The notes beneath the pieces were generated by a model. That model was not told the origin of the DNA. It was given only the letters and a program-made list of their open reading frames with translations, and ran no database searches. DNA of 64,000 nucleotides. Source: Octopus bimaculoides. Lineage: Eukaryota. Position 1 is the stretch's first letter. Every line of letters begins with the position of its first letter. This document shows positions 41,599-55,575 of this stretch, one piece after another. The translations under genes and the position numbers were made by a program. The DNA is taken from contig NC_069001.1 of the NCBI RefSeq assembly GCF_001194135.2, positions 3,448,991 through 3,512,990 of the forward strand. Reading direction: 5' to 3'.

Positions 41599-43221
41599 AT
41601 ATATACGTATATATTCTTAATAACTGTTTCACAGGTTTTAGTTATTGGACTTCAGCTATTCTGGCTGGTCATAATGAACCAAGTACTTATTTATGTCTGA
41701 TACATAATTTATCAATATATATTTTGTTGATTGGCTGAGACCATTTTTTAACCTTACATAGACATAGTATACATTTACAAGTCAACCAACATTAAAGAGA
41801 GAGAAAGAGAATGGGTGTATGAGAGAGTGTAAAATAGTGAGAAAGAGAGAGAAGAGAGAGATGTTCTGGTCATGACTACCTCGTCATTTTCTTATGTACA
41901 GGTTACCCAAGATTACATCATCCAACATAACTATTATAAGGTGGTAGAGTGTGAAATAATGATTTGGTTGCTGCTTCTAGCAAACTGAGAATGATTTGCT
42001 CATAGAATTGTTCCTTCAAACAAAAGCAACAACCTATTAGAAGCTACAGATGACTGAACATGAAACTAACGCACAGATACACACACAAGCATACTTGCAT
42101 GCAAACAGACGTGCACATGTGCTCACAGCTGTCTTTCACTAACTTCCTCTGTGTGTTTTCATCACAGTATATATATAAAGCAATGTAATATAGATAGGTA
42201 GGTAAATAGATAAACAAAAATGTGTAGACATGCATACACATTGCCATATATCTATGGGTGGCTTTCTGTTCTTTTTCTGCGTGTGCAGGTGTTTCATTGC
42301 ATTTCTATCAATTATTCATTAGTATGGTGTGGAGTGGGTGACTGATCTTTTTTCTTTTTTTTCACTTGTTGAGTCCAGTAGAAGAAGTGGCCATGACCTT
42401 TGCAACCCCTCCGAGACCAGTGAGATTGATGCTATTAATACACTGTTTAAATTGTTGCAGGTCAACACTGGCTGGGAAAAGGTGAGCAAAGATATAAACA
42501 CACAAAGCTGATACTCAAATAACGATTGTGAATTTTCAGTGTCAAAATTATATTTTTAGTACCATATCCTTAAGTGTGTATTTCCTATGTATGTATACAC
42601 ACATATATGTTTGTAGGTATTATGTAAGTTTGTATATACATATAATGTATATATAAGGTATTTGGATTCTGCCATAGAGGAAGCCGATGTTCAATTTACG
42701 TGTTTGCTGACTACTGTTTTGGTGTCTCGCTTGTTTATAATCAGGAGTCGAACTGTATGAATGTGGTGTAGAGCATTAAGTTGACAAAACTTTTAGAATA
42801 GGTTATAAGTTATTTATTAAGATTTGAAATGGTACCATTTGCTATGGCTGGATATCCATCTTGTTGTTAACCCTTATCTGTTTTTCCAAGGGATCTCTTA
42901 TTCCACATGACTTGGAAGTTGCAAAGCCAGTAGAAGACTTGGTGACAGGGGAAATGTCAAAAATGTCACCATTTATCACTCAGCGTTTTTAGAGAAGTGC
43001 AAATGTAAACAAACAGACACATATGTGCACACATACATGTGTGTATGTGTGTATACACACATATGATGGGCTACTTTCAATTTCTGTCTACCATATCCAT
43101 TTACAAAGCTTTGATCAGTCTGGGGCTGTAGTAGAAGACACTTGCTGAAGGTGCCATGCAGTAGAATTGAACTTGAAACTACATGATAAAGAAACAAACT
43201 TCTTAACTACAAAGCCATGCC

Positions 43222-43284
<63 letters not shown>

Positions 43285-44760
43285 TCATTGTATAGATGGC
43301 TATATTATATGTATGTGTGTATGTATATGTATATATATATATATGCATGTATGTTTAATAGAATATATTTACCATTAAAAAATATTGTAATTTTAATTAC
43401 AAGCTCATTAGACTTTTAAAAACAAGATCTAATTTAAATTAACTAAATTGATTGATTTTGTAAAAATGTGAAAATAAAAAAAGTACAAATTGAAAGATTT
43501 TAAGAATAATTCTTTTATCAGAAGTATAAAAGACACGGGAACAATGGGTGTAGAAAATATATCTGAATCTAATAGTAATCTTTTGAGTTCAATCTTTGTG
43601 TAATGCACTGATTAGTGTCCTGAGAAAAGTTACATTAATCTGCTTAGCCCTGGAGGAAGTTATTAAAGTAATTTCCACTCTCAGTTAACAGTAAAAAGAT
43701 TAGAAGACAGAGCTTTATGTTTTTGTTTTCTATGATAGCTAGTTATAATTAACTGAAGTTCAATTTGAATTCAGCAGTTTACCAGCAATGAATTTTGGGA
43801 GTGGAAGGATCAGGACAAATGTTTAGTACCAAAACCCAGTTGAATCCAAAGAAATTAGTAATTATAAATTAGTAATTCACAAATGCATTAAATTGGTTTT
43901 GTGCAAGGAAGAATGAAAGTCTAACAGAGCCCTTCAGTGAAGAGTTACGTTTTCTGACATAACTGATGCTAATTATTTGGTACCCTCAAAAAAAACCTTC
44001 CCCCCTCTTGCCCTCTGATGAAAAGTTCTGTCCAAAACATTAGCTTTTACTATTCTTTACCTCCATGTATCAGGATTGATACATGGAGGCAAACAAGAAA
44101 AGCACATTGGTCAATTTAGGTCCTGAGCACTCTGTGTGGATACAGACAAAATGGCTTCATCAAACAAAGAAGTACAGCACTTGTGGGCTTTTTTTTGAAG
44201 CGTCTTCAAGACTTGCAGGAGAAAAGGAGAAAGATCTTAACCTCAGACAAAAGACCTGGTTTTCAAATGAAAACTTACAGCAGAAGTACCCAAGGTAGTG
44301 ATATAAACTAATCTACTGGATCAGAGCTGACCTGGGGCTAAACACCAGCAACCACAACATATCAATCAACTGTATAAAAAACAAAGTATTGAAAGAGGGA
44401 ATACTATCCCGAGTGTCATCATCCACTTCACATGACTCTTTTGACCATCTGAGAGAGTTGCAATAGACAGAAACTAAAGGAGCCTAATCTATGAAACAGA
44501 TTTGTTAATTTCAATAAATATTCATTTGGTTAATTAATATTAAAAGATAACTTCCTGTTGTAAAACCTTGATTGAGTCACAAAACTTTTATCAATTCCAC
44601 TGAGTTGCTGTTAATTACAATAAGTTCTCCTAACTGTGGTGCCATACTTAGATCTATCCTTTATCCCATCTTCCATTGTATTATCTACTTACTGCTGTGA
44701 TCATCCTATCTTTTATTTCAACCATCATCATCTGTCTTTTTTCAAATTCAGTATATCCAG

Positions 44761-44761
<1 letters not shown>

Positions 44762-44821
<60 letters not shown>

Positions 44822-44830
44822 GAGAGAGAC

Positions 44831-44865
<35 letters not shown>

Positions 44866-44888
44866 CAGACAGAGAGAGAGACAGACAG

Positions 44889-44925
<37 letters not shown>
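44762..44925. repeat. Compound (GA)n/(GAGACA)n/(GT)n microsatellite
   Basis: Directly visible. It produces the RERE, LSLS and VCVC ORFs. Confidence 0.95.
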
Positions 44926-44929
<4 letters not shown>

Positions 44930-47900
44930 TTTAAGACAGTAGGGTGTGATTTAGAGAGGATAAGATGACTTATATTTCTAGTAGTCATATTTCAGACATA
45001 TGACCAAATGAGTAACCCAGTTAGTGACTCCATCATTAGTTTATTGTACAGTTGTTTTTGTTGCTAAGGGTCATAAGATATTAAACCCATGATTAACCTA
45101 TCCTTCTCATAGGCATTTTGCATCTAGGAAATGTGTTCTTTCTTTTTCCAAAGCATTTAGTTGTAATTTGAGGGAGATTTGGATATTATTTCCAACAGAT
45201 CAAGTGACCACATTGAGTGTCCTACCTGTAGTTGTTGTAGTGTCTGGACTAACAACTAATGAGTGTCCACACACCTCACATATAAACAGTCTTCAGGGAA
45301 CATTAAATTGTGCAACTTGTTTTATTTACTTCACTGTTTTTAATTATATTTGTTCTTGTTAGCAAAGAATGTAATTTACTAATGTGTCTAGGATAAGTGG
45401 ATAGGGGTGTTGTGATGAGGACAACTGTGGGATATAGGGAAGAAAGAAGAAAAAAAGAATGAAAGTGGATAGTAAGAGAAAGGAAGTGGAAGGCAAAGAA
45501 GAAGCAGAAAGATGAAAGAAAGAGAAAGGAAAAAAAGAAACAGAGGAAGGAAAGAGACGAAGAATGAAAGAAGACAAATGAAGATGAAGATGAAGAACGA
45601 AGAAGAATGAAAGATGTTGAATAAAAACAAAAGATTTGAAAAATAAAAAAAAAAGTGTTAAGTGAAGTGAAATAACATCAACTAGGAATTGAAACCAGCT
45701 CACTGCCTTGATTTTGCTGTTAGCTAATCTCTCTAATTCTGCCTTAATTGTTGGGATTCATTAATATAGAAACATGACTTCATTAGAAATAAAATGCCTT
45801 CAGTCAGGTGTCCTTTGTTGTTTAAATGACAATATGAAAGAGACTTCTTCAAATATTTTTTTAATGTCTCTGTACTAAAAGGAATTGTTTTGTTTTGTGA
45901 ACAAAAGAGTCATTGGTTACAGGTATGAATAGGTTGTGGAGGCACATTGCTTAATGATTAAGGTGTTGCACTCATGATCATAAGATTGTGATTTCGATTC
46001 CTGGATTTAGTGATGCATTGTGTTCTTAAGCAAAACACTTCATTTCACACTGTTCCAGTTCACTCAGCTGGTATAAATGAGTAATCCTGTGATGGACTGG
46101 CGTTCTGTCCAGAGAGGAAATATATACACCACAGAATCCAGTATGAAATGAGATAGATGGAAACAGTTTTGACAGTGAGTTGGATAGACTGTTGTCCATT
46201 CAACCATCTGGACTTTGGAGGGCTTTAACAGAGTCCACTCAATTGCAAGCATTCACACCAGGTCTCCAGTCAGTGTATGACTCATGAGTTCTAGATTCTT
46301 CCTCTCATGTTTCTAGTCTTGGAAATTCTGAATAAAGGTCATAGCACTGCCCTTCTTCTATGAATGAAATATTGAAAAAACTGTTTTAAAGAGTTTATAA
46401 GCAAGCATTAATTAAGTAAAAGGGTTGATATAATCCAATGAACCCATCTCTCAAAATGTCTAACCTCCAATGCTAATATTATAAATTATTATTATTGAGG
46501 CTATTAATATTAGACTAAATCTTATATGACATTTAGTTACATCCCATTAAATTTTCAGTAAGGATGAAATTTAATCAAATATATTTCTTCCTTATAAATA
46601 TGTGGCCTTGTATAAAAAAAAATAATCATCATCAATATCATTGTCAAAATAGTAGAATGATAGAAAGGCAGTGAATTGGCATAAAGAGTAGAGCACTGAA
46701 TTAAGTGGCTTTCAGTGGTTGTTGTATGATTTTGTGTTTTTTATGACTTAGTCAGAGGAATGGTACTGTTCATGACCTTTTCCAGAGCCTCCAAGACTGG
46801 TGAAAGACCTGGCCTTTAATGTTTGTGACAGAATGAACTCTGCTAAATTCACTCAGCAGCAAGTTTTGTCCATTTTTATACTGAATTTAAATCCCACTGA
46901 GGTTAGTTTTTACCTTTCATCCATCCTGAGTTATTAAAACAAGTACCACTCAAAAACTACAGATGATTCAATCAACTATATTCAGTCTCCTACAAATTCT
47001 TGGCCTTGTGCCATCACCACTACTACTGCCACTGCCACTACCACTCTCCTTAGATGCTGCAGTAGGATAGTAAATGTTTAGTAACCCAAGTCTGCAACCA
47101 AGTTTGATTCCCAAAGTCCTTAAGCGCTGGAAAACGTAAAAATGTCACAACACCTCCATCTCCCTTCTCCATTAAGTGCTATTCATTAGGACAAGATAAT
47201 TAGTCTCAGTCACTTACAAGACAAATATTTACTACACACATACACACAACTGACTTCTGCATTAATTAGTCACTCAAAAACTACTAAATTAATGTAATTA
47301 GTTGGAAGATGAATGAGAATTGATGAGTATCTCAGGTTCTTGAACTGCTGACCTAATAGTGACCACATAGTCAACTCTTGATAGTTGAAGTTGTTTGGCC
47401 CCATGTCAGCTCTTATCAAGCAGACTCATGATAAAGGCATTCAAATCATGGCCATTTCCTCTTTTTTTCATTATATCTTTTTCTATTTCAATTATAGTAT
47501 ATTCTGAACTACATTATTCAATGTGTCTTTTTTTAAGATGGTAGGGTATGGTTTGAAGATTTGACTGCCGTCTCAAACAGATTGAATAACCATGTAGAAG
47601 TTATTACAAGTAACTGTGATGTAAGCTTACATTTTTGTTGTTGGGTGGTTGATTTTATTGATCTAATACTGGGGTCAATATAATCAGTTATGCCTCTCCC
47701 TTCAAAATTGCTGGCTTTGTACCTAAATTAGAAATTATTAATAGTAAGGTGAATGTAGTTCTACTTCAGAGGTCATCCAGGAAAGATACAGATATACATG
47801 AAGGACTCCTTCAATTTCAACGTACAAATGTTCAGTTGTTTGACCAACTGGATGATCTACTCATTGAACTAGTATGCAGACACATGTACCCTTAATATAA

Positions 47901-48626
47901 TTCTCAGGTTGAATCAGTGTAACATATGAGAAATCTGAACCTTTGAAATACAGCTACAATCCATCCAATGGGCATCTAAACAATTTCAGTCAACCCAATT
48001 TCACTCATGAGGCTTGATCTGACATGAAGCTATGGTAAAGACTTTTGCTCAAGATGCTATACAATGGGATCAAACCCAGGATCTTGTGGTTGCAAAGCAA
48101 ACTTCTTGACCATGTAACCATGCTCGTGTCCACACATTTATATACATGACAGGTTTCTGCACAGTTTCCACCTACCAAATTCTACTCACAGGTCATTGGT
48201 CAACTCTAAGCTGTGGTAAAATGACATTTGTCCAAGGTACTGCTCAGTGGAAGCAAATTGGGAAACAAGCAGTTGTGAAACAAACTTCTTCAGTACGCCG
48301 ACAAATCAGCATAAATAATATTGTTTACATGCCCACATTTATAGTGATTGTTTTTGTCTAGGCACACAACAACAAACATACACACACAAAGACGTTTGAC
48401 CTTTGCATGTTCATATATGTATGTGAGTGTGTTTGTGTGGCTGAGTATATGCGAAAGAAGAGGACAGCTTTATTACATATGTATTACTGTGTGGATACAG
48501 AGTTCACTTTGTTATCATGTGATCTTCAGTTCTACTTCACTGCATAGCATTGTGGCATCTTGGACAAGTGTCTTCTTCTGTAGCCTCAGGCCAACTAATA
48601 CCTTGTGAATGGAAGTGATAGAGAGA

Positions 48627-48686
<60 letters not shown>

Positions 48687-48752
48687 NNNNNNNNNNNNNN
48701 NNNNNNNNNNNNNNNNNNNNNNNNNNNNNNNNNNNNNNNNNNNNNNNNNNNN

Positions 48753-48801
<49 letters not shown>

Positions 48802-48816
48802 ATATATATATATACA

Positions 48817-49393
48817 CAGGGTGCGATGGATAAATTGTCGCCATTTTATATTTTAATTTCGCGCATGTGCATTGTTTGTTTTTGATTTTGTTAGCTACAC
48901 AGTATAGTAGGGTCAGTTGGGAACCATCTGTGATAAAAATAGCACCATGATGCAATTTCCTCTGCCAGAAATTTGGAAACTGCTTGGTGTTCATGCCAGA
49001 AGCTCCAATACAGACATGTTAGAGTGTTTGGGTGTCAATCTGAGGACATAACAGAGGATTTGAAAAGAGTTGGATGAATTTAATGGTGATTACGAAGGTA
49101 TGACAGCTCGGAAAACTCACTTTGATCATTCTGATAAGAAAATAACTCTTGAATTTGTTGGTGAGATCCAGGCCATGATTGACAACAATCCGTCCAAGTC
49201 AGTCAGGTCCATCACCAGGGACATGGGATTCTGAGTTTCTTATCAAACAGGTAGTGCATGAAGACATTCGGTATGCTTCATACAAGATGAGAAAGGGCCA
49301 ATTTTTATCCCAAGCCATCAAGGACAAGAGGAAATACCACGCTATGAAGGTTTTGAACAAACTTAAGCTTCCCTTCCAACCGAACATGTTTTG
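48817..49393 (+). mobile_element. 5' part of a mariner-like (maT/DD37D-type) transposon, truncated before the catalytic domain
   Basis: Starts with cagggtg just after a (TA)n run, which is a typical TIR start. The degenerate ORF reads ..EFVGEIQAMIDNNPSKSVRSI..EFLIKQVVHEDIRYASYKMRKGQFLSQAIKDKRK..KVLNKLKLPFQPNMF, an HTH/linker region that stops just before the expected FSDEK motif. Confidence 0.8.
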
Positions 49394-52300
49394 AATACAT
49401 ATACATACATGTAAGTTGAATACAAACACAAGAATATATTTTATCAACCAAAGAGAGAGGAAAAGTACTAACAATTTGAACATTGGTTAGAAAGGCAGAA
49501 AGCTAGTCTTCTATTTTGATCACAACTTTTAACTTTGTTAATTGTTGGCTACCCCTATAGCAATCTCAGTTATCCTATAACTGCAATGGACACAATACCC
49601 ACAGAATGAAGTCTAATATGGTATCCCTGTGGCTCTTATTTTTATATATAGAAAATTGGTTGTCTCTGGTTTTTCTGAAAACTAGTGGAGCAACTACATG
49701 GACATTGTTTCCTTTAAGGCTTCCATTAACCTTTGTTGTTGTTGCTTATCCTCAAGTGAGCTTTCATTCAGCAGACAAGTGATTAAAGGCATTTCAACCA
49801 TGACTATTCTCTCCATATTTCAGACGGTGTATCAAAGACTATGTAAACTAATGCATCTTTTTTTTTTTGCAAAATCAATAGGTTGTTAGGATTTGTGAGA
49901 GATTTGCCAGCTATTTCTAACTGGTCAAGCAACCATGTAGAGGCTTCCTTGATGGCTCATAATGACCTTTGATATTTGACTTATGTTGCCTGGGAGAAAA
50001 GAACTAAATTAACAAAATAAATAGCCAAACTTTTGCCAAATATTATATGTAATGCACAAATAGCTATCAGTTTCTATATTCATTAATTGTTAGATACAAC
50101 AGTCCTTCTTCCCCCACCCCCACCAAAACAGCTATTTTCAGGTATATTTTTTCAATCAACATTTTTCACTTAAAAACAAATTCTTTGTAAGTTTTTTTCT
50201 TTTAATTTTTCTTTTAATTCTTATTGAATCATTTCCCCAAAATTAAAATTAAAGAAATCACTGACAGAGTCAGTAAAATGTGAAATTTGCCAAACAAACT
50301 TTATAGCTAACTTATTCCTAATATGTAATTTAGTAGCTAAATACAACTTTGATTAAATTGGGAAACTTTCTTATTTCATTGATCTCAATTTTTCAAATGG
50401 TTTTCAACACAATATTGGTTTTACACTTAGATATAAACTTAGATATGGGTTAAAAGACATTTAATCATATATGTGTGTATGTATAGGAACATACATGGCT
50501 ATGTGGTTAAGAAATCTGCTTCCCAACCACATAGTTTTAGGTTCAGTTCTATTGCATGGCACCTTGGCCAAGTGTCTTCTATTATAGCCCTGGACCAACC
50601 AAAATTTTGTGAATGGGTTAGGGAACGCAAAAACTGAAAGATGTGCTATGTGCATGTATGTGTGCATCCACCCACATATAACAAGAAAACTTTTAACACA
50701 CCCTACCACAACAAATCAATCTATATCTCTTCTCTTCCCCACATCTCCTCCTTCATGCCCTATGCCTACCTTTCACTCCCCAATCCTGTCCTCACGACCC
50801 TGTTTCTCTGTATCATTGCTAACCTCTATGTACCCAGGTTTTCACCTCTATGTTCCCAGGTTTTACATTGTTCAGTCTACATGAGTGAGTGTAAGATAAA
50901 CAAAATAGCAATTTTGAAAGAAGTGCCTATAAAACTAGTTTTTAAACATTGAATAATTATGGGGGCCCACCAGAATAAAATACTAATCAAAGGGGTCCGT
51001 AGATATAAAATGGTTGAAAACCACTATTGTAGACTATCCTCTAAAATATAGAGGTGATACCAATAACAATGATGCTCATTAAATATATCAGTTACATTGA
51101 GGTGCTACGTTGATACAAGATCCCAAGTTTATCAGGTACAACTAAAATGGATTGAGATGAGGCTATGGTAAAATATGATTTGCAGTGAGATCAAACCTAA
51201 GACCTCATGATTACAAAGTAAACTTCTTAAACATTTGGCTATATACTCACATACTCACCAACCATCAATATTTTTAAATATCACTATCAGTATCTTTATA
51301 ATTCATTTTCTTGTTCTAATATTATCTATTACCTTTAATTTCAATTTCTATTTTGTTTTCTTAAATAATTCATGATTAGTATCAATTTGTTAATTACAAT
51401 TTAATGAAATAAACACAAAATTTAAATTAAACAATTAACTAAATAAAAACAATTTCCAATCTCAAATCTAAATCAGAAGCTAAAAATTAGTTAAAAGTCA
51501 AAAAAAAAAAAGAAAAGAAAAAAGAAAACAGAGAAAAAAATTATAGGAAAAGAAAGCAAGAAAGTGAACTCAGAATTATAGATATATCAAATACACACTA
51601 TGGATTACATTAACTGCTATATTTGGTGAGCTACCTGAAGCCTAAGATACAGGTTCAAGTCTTGATATGTCGTTACACACACACACATTTAGACCATCTA
51701 TGTATTACTATTTATATATTTTGCATGAAAAAAGAATGAATGAGTTCGAGGGTAGTGTGTCACATGCAATCCATTCATAATTTATTGAAATTTCCTTTGG
51801 GATGTAGATAGAAAACTAAACTCTAAGTAATTCCCAAAGAGGAGAGATAAGTTCAAGAATTAAGAATTAATTTCTTGTGCTACTGATGAAGTCAAACAGA
51901 TTTAAAACCTATGTTCAAAGTATTCATTGCCTGCAAATAAAGATTTGACTGCCCTTTCTCTAAGAATTTAAATTAACTTGAGAAATTAATTCTTAATTTC
52001 TTGAAATTATGAAATTATCTCCACTTCTTTATAGTAAAGATTGTTTGCCAACATAACATGGCAGTCCTGATTTAGGACAAATGTTGATGTAATTTAACCC
52101 CAGGAGACATCGTCTCCAGTTGGCTATACGACATGATCTGTGTCCTTATATTTTTGAACAAAGGAATCTAGCACCCCCACTCGGCTCAAAACAATATCTG
52201 TGTATTGCAATTTTCAGAATGTAGTGACAGGCGAAATACTGCTAAGCATTTCATCCAGCATGCTAACAACTCTGCCAGCTTGCAACCTTATGTATGTATA

Positions 52301-52671
52301 CATAATATAGGCTAAATGTGGAATGTTTTACCTATTTCCGCAGTTGCATTAATGGAAAGTAACTAATTTATTAACCATGTCATTTCTGATTTTCTGGAGT
52401 CCGTCTTGAAAAGATTGGTACTGAGGTAGCTAATTACATAACTAAGGACCCCAATAATTACAGGTGTAAATTCAATGTTATAATCCAGGTGTAATATCTG
52501 TTAACTTACCAGATATTTACATATTGCTATAATAATATTGTATAGTACATCCTTTATGTTTTTCTATGATAAAAAATTGTATGTATATACATGTGTGCAT
52601 GTTGTATACACACACACACACACACACATATTATCATCATTATCATTTGACTACTGTTTCCAATATATATA

Positions 52672-53035
52672 TATCTTTCACTTGTTTCAGTCATTAGACT
52701 GTGGCCATACTGTGGCACCACTTTGAATTTTTAGTCGAATGAAGCGACCCCAGTACTTGCGTTTTAAGCTTGGTACTTATTCTATTGGTCTCTTTTGCTG
52801 AGCTGCTAAGTTACAGGGACACAAGCACACCAACACCAATTGTCAAGTGGTGGTGGTGGTGGGGGGGGGTTGACAAATACAGACACTAACACATATATGA
52901 CAGGCCTCTTTCAGTTTCTGCCTACTAAATCCACTCACAAGGCTTTATTCAGCCTGAGGCTAAAGTAGAAAACACTTGCCCAAAGACTGAACCCAGAACC
53001 ATGTGGTTGGGAAGCAAGCTTTTTTCCACACACCT
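52672..53035 (-). mobile_element. Near full-length family A SINE, minus strand
   Basis: Reverse complement of the 9437-9978 element. Other partial copies lie at ~13600 (-), 14170 (+), 43070 (-), 47990-48300 (-), 48480 (+), 50483 (+), 59110 (-) and 60240 (-). Confidence 0.8.
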
Positions 53036-53323
53036 ATATATATATTGGAAACAGTAGAGCTATAATATTTTTGTTTAAGAATAATAAATTTTTACTCTAC
53101 AAAAGTATAGAGTAAGTAACCCATCAGATTAGTGTAAAATTATTTTTATTACAACTGAACATAAAAACAAACATTAATATGTATACATAAATATATGAAT
53201 TAATGTAGATGCATACAGGATGAATAACAAAGAAAAGAGAGAAGCTTCTTGCTATTTGATTTTCTAATCTCAAAAGTACAAAAGAAAATTTCACTGGAAC
53301 TTTAAGAGTTTTTATCAAAAAGA

Positions 53324-53798
53324 TCATGTGCCACCCGCACAAGAACCAGTCCAGGGGCACTGGCAACGATCTTACTTGGCTTGCGTGAGAAGACCCGGCA
53401 AGCCAAGTAAGATCGTTGCCAGTGCCCCTGGACTGGTTCTTGTGCGGGTGGCACATGAGATGCACCATTTTGAGCGTGGCCGTTGCCAGTACCGCCTGAC
53501 TGGCTCCTGTAGGATTTTCGAGCGAGATCGTTGCCAGTGCCCCTGGACTGGCTTGTGCGGGTGGCACATAAAAGACACCATTTCGAGCGTGGCCGTTTTC
53601 GTGCGGGTGACACGTAAAAGCACCCACTACACTCTCTGAGTGGTTGGCGTTAGGAAGGGCATCCAGCTGTAGAAACTCTGCCAAATCAGACTGGAGCCTG
53701 GTGTTGCCATCCGGTTTCACCAGTCCTCAGTCAAATCGTCCAACCCATGCTAGCATGGAAAGCGGACGTTAAACGATGATGATGATGATGATGATGAT
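53324..53798 (+). mobile_element. Young GC-rich retroposon (SINE or LINE 3' tail) ending in (GAT)n, with a perfect 61-bp inverted duplication at its 5' end
   Basis: Contains internal tandem units (agatcgttgccagtgcccctggactgg..gtgcgggtggcaca) and the tail agcacccactacactctc..gagtggttggcgttaggaagggcatccagctgtagaaac..gcggacgttaaacgatgatgat. CpGs are retained. 53324-53384 is the exact reverse complement of 53398-53458. Confidence 0.8.
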
Positions 53799-54130
53799 AA
53801 ATTCAAAGCAATTTTTGGTTAATGATATATCCAAGCATTTTATAACAGATAGACAATTATCTGTATGTATGTGCATGCATGAGTGTGTGTGTGTGTGTGT
53901 GGATTGATTATTTTACTGCTCTATCTGAATCATCTTCAAAACACACCATTTGTTGGAATAACAATGTTAACAAGATATTTTTCTACAGAGGAATAATAGT
54001 TCAAAATATTTCAAATTTAAGAGAGATTACAGTATAAACATTTCTGCCAACTAAGTCTCTTTTCTTTACCTCTTTTTTTTTTTTTTGAAGCAGCAAGGAT
54101 ATTTGTATTTTTTGTAGCAAGGATATTTTT

Positions 54131-54331
54131 CTCAATCCATTCGACTATTACATGTGGAGTATTGTTGAGAGAGAGGTCAATGAACATGCCCATAACAGCA
54201 AAGATTCTTTGAAAGCTGCCATAGTCAGAGTAATGTCCAAAACGAACCAGGACCACTTGATTTGCACTTGTAGATGACTTAGATCTCATATAGAAGCAGT
54301 TGTTGAAGCTGAAGGTGGCTTTATTGAATAA
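54131..54331 (+). mobile_element. 3' end of a mariner-like (maT/DD37D-type) transposase
   Basis: Reads LNPFDYYMWSIVEREVNEHAHNSKDSLKAAIVRVMSKTNQDHLICTCR*LRSHIEAVVEAEGGFIE*, the typical C-terminus after the third catalytic Asp. Confidence 0.8.
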
Positions 54332-54474
54332 CATAGAAAAGAAGGTTTATTTTTATCCTCAGCATTTTNNNNNNNNNNNNNNNNNNNNNNNNNNNNNNNN
54401 NNNNNNNNNNNNNNNNNNNNNNNNNNNNNNNNNNNNNNNNNNNNNNNNNNNNNNNNNNNNNNNNNNNNNNNNNN

Positions 54475-54510
<36 letters not shown>

Positions 54511-55249
54511 TTGGAAATATATACCATTTAATTATATCTCTTATAATCTTTGCATTGTTCTTTACTTTTATATTCATGTCTCAAAAAAAAAATTTGATGC
54601 TATACATTGTGATATTGCAACATTGAAAATACACTTTTCTTCATAGAGGTTTGTTAACCATAAAGATATTCCACATGTTTAATTAGTCCATAGATAAAAT
54701 AACAATAGTGTCTGACCTAAACATAAACCAATGAGGAAGTCTTTTTGTGGTTACTCAACTTGCAAGATATAGCAACTAAATCTTTCTCAGATCACATTCT
54801 ACTATATTGAATAAAGAGAGTATTGGATAATATAGTCTAGAACATATCCCAAAAAGTATGGAATAACCGGGCTGGACCACCTTCGATTTTTTTTTCTTCT
54901 TTTGCTTGGTCTGCAAGATGGCTGTTCCTATGATCTTTGACCTTCACAGGCTCGCCAAGATCGGTGAAATTGAAACATTTAGAGAATCCTTCTTAATAAT
55001 GGTTTCAAATTTTGGCACAAGTCCAGCAATTTCAGGGGTGGGGGTAATTCAATTACATCAACCCCAGTACTCAACTGGTACTTATTTCATCGACCCAGAA
55101 AGGATGAAAAACAAAGTCAACCTTTTGGAAATTTAACTCAGAGCATAAAGATGAACAAAATGCCATTAAGCATTTTGCCCAGTGTGCTGATGGTTCTGCC
55201 AGCTCACCACTTAAAGTCCTTCTTAACGATAGCAAGTTGACAACTGCAA

Positions 55250-55575
55250 GAAAAAATAGGCATGGAAGACATTTTAGAGGCCCAACATTCGGGAGAGCAA
55301 AGACTAGATAGAGTGATAATTGCAGATCCTGAGGGAAAGGGACACAGTATGGATGATAAAAGAGGAGACAAGTAAGTCAAGAATGCTTGAGTGGAAGTGG
55401 ACATTCATATTTGAGGAGCAGAGGCTACAAACTGAGGACACAGCATGTCTAATAGGCAAGAGGCTGGAATGTGTTGATGAAGGAACTCATGTCAGTCAGT
55501 CAGGTGGCCTTTCTTTGGATGTGTGGATGCCTGTAAATGTAACAGTCCAATCAGGACTGAACTAAGGCTGAACAA
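55250..55575 (+). mobile_element. Probable RTE-like LINE 3' remnant ending in (AAC)n
   Basis: Purine-rich degenerate coding-like segment (..KSRMLEWKWTF..) that ends in gctgaacaacaataacaac. Confidence 0.4.

Noticed and set aside
42461-42481. Plus-strand 21-nt AG..GTGAGC-bounded segment
   Set aside because: It is antisense to SCAI, has a weak pyrimidine tract, and I recognised no partner exons on the plus strand.
53124-53720. 198-aa ORF and overlapping repetitive ORFs
   Set aside because: They are antisense or alternative frames of the tandem-unit retroposon and its hairpin. No protein family is recognisable and there is no splice context.
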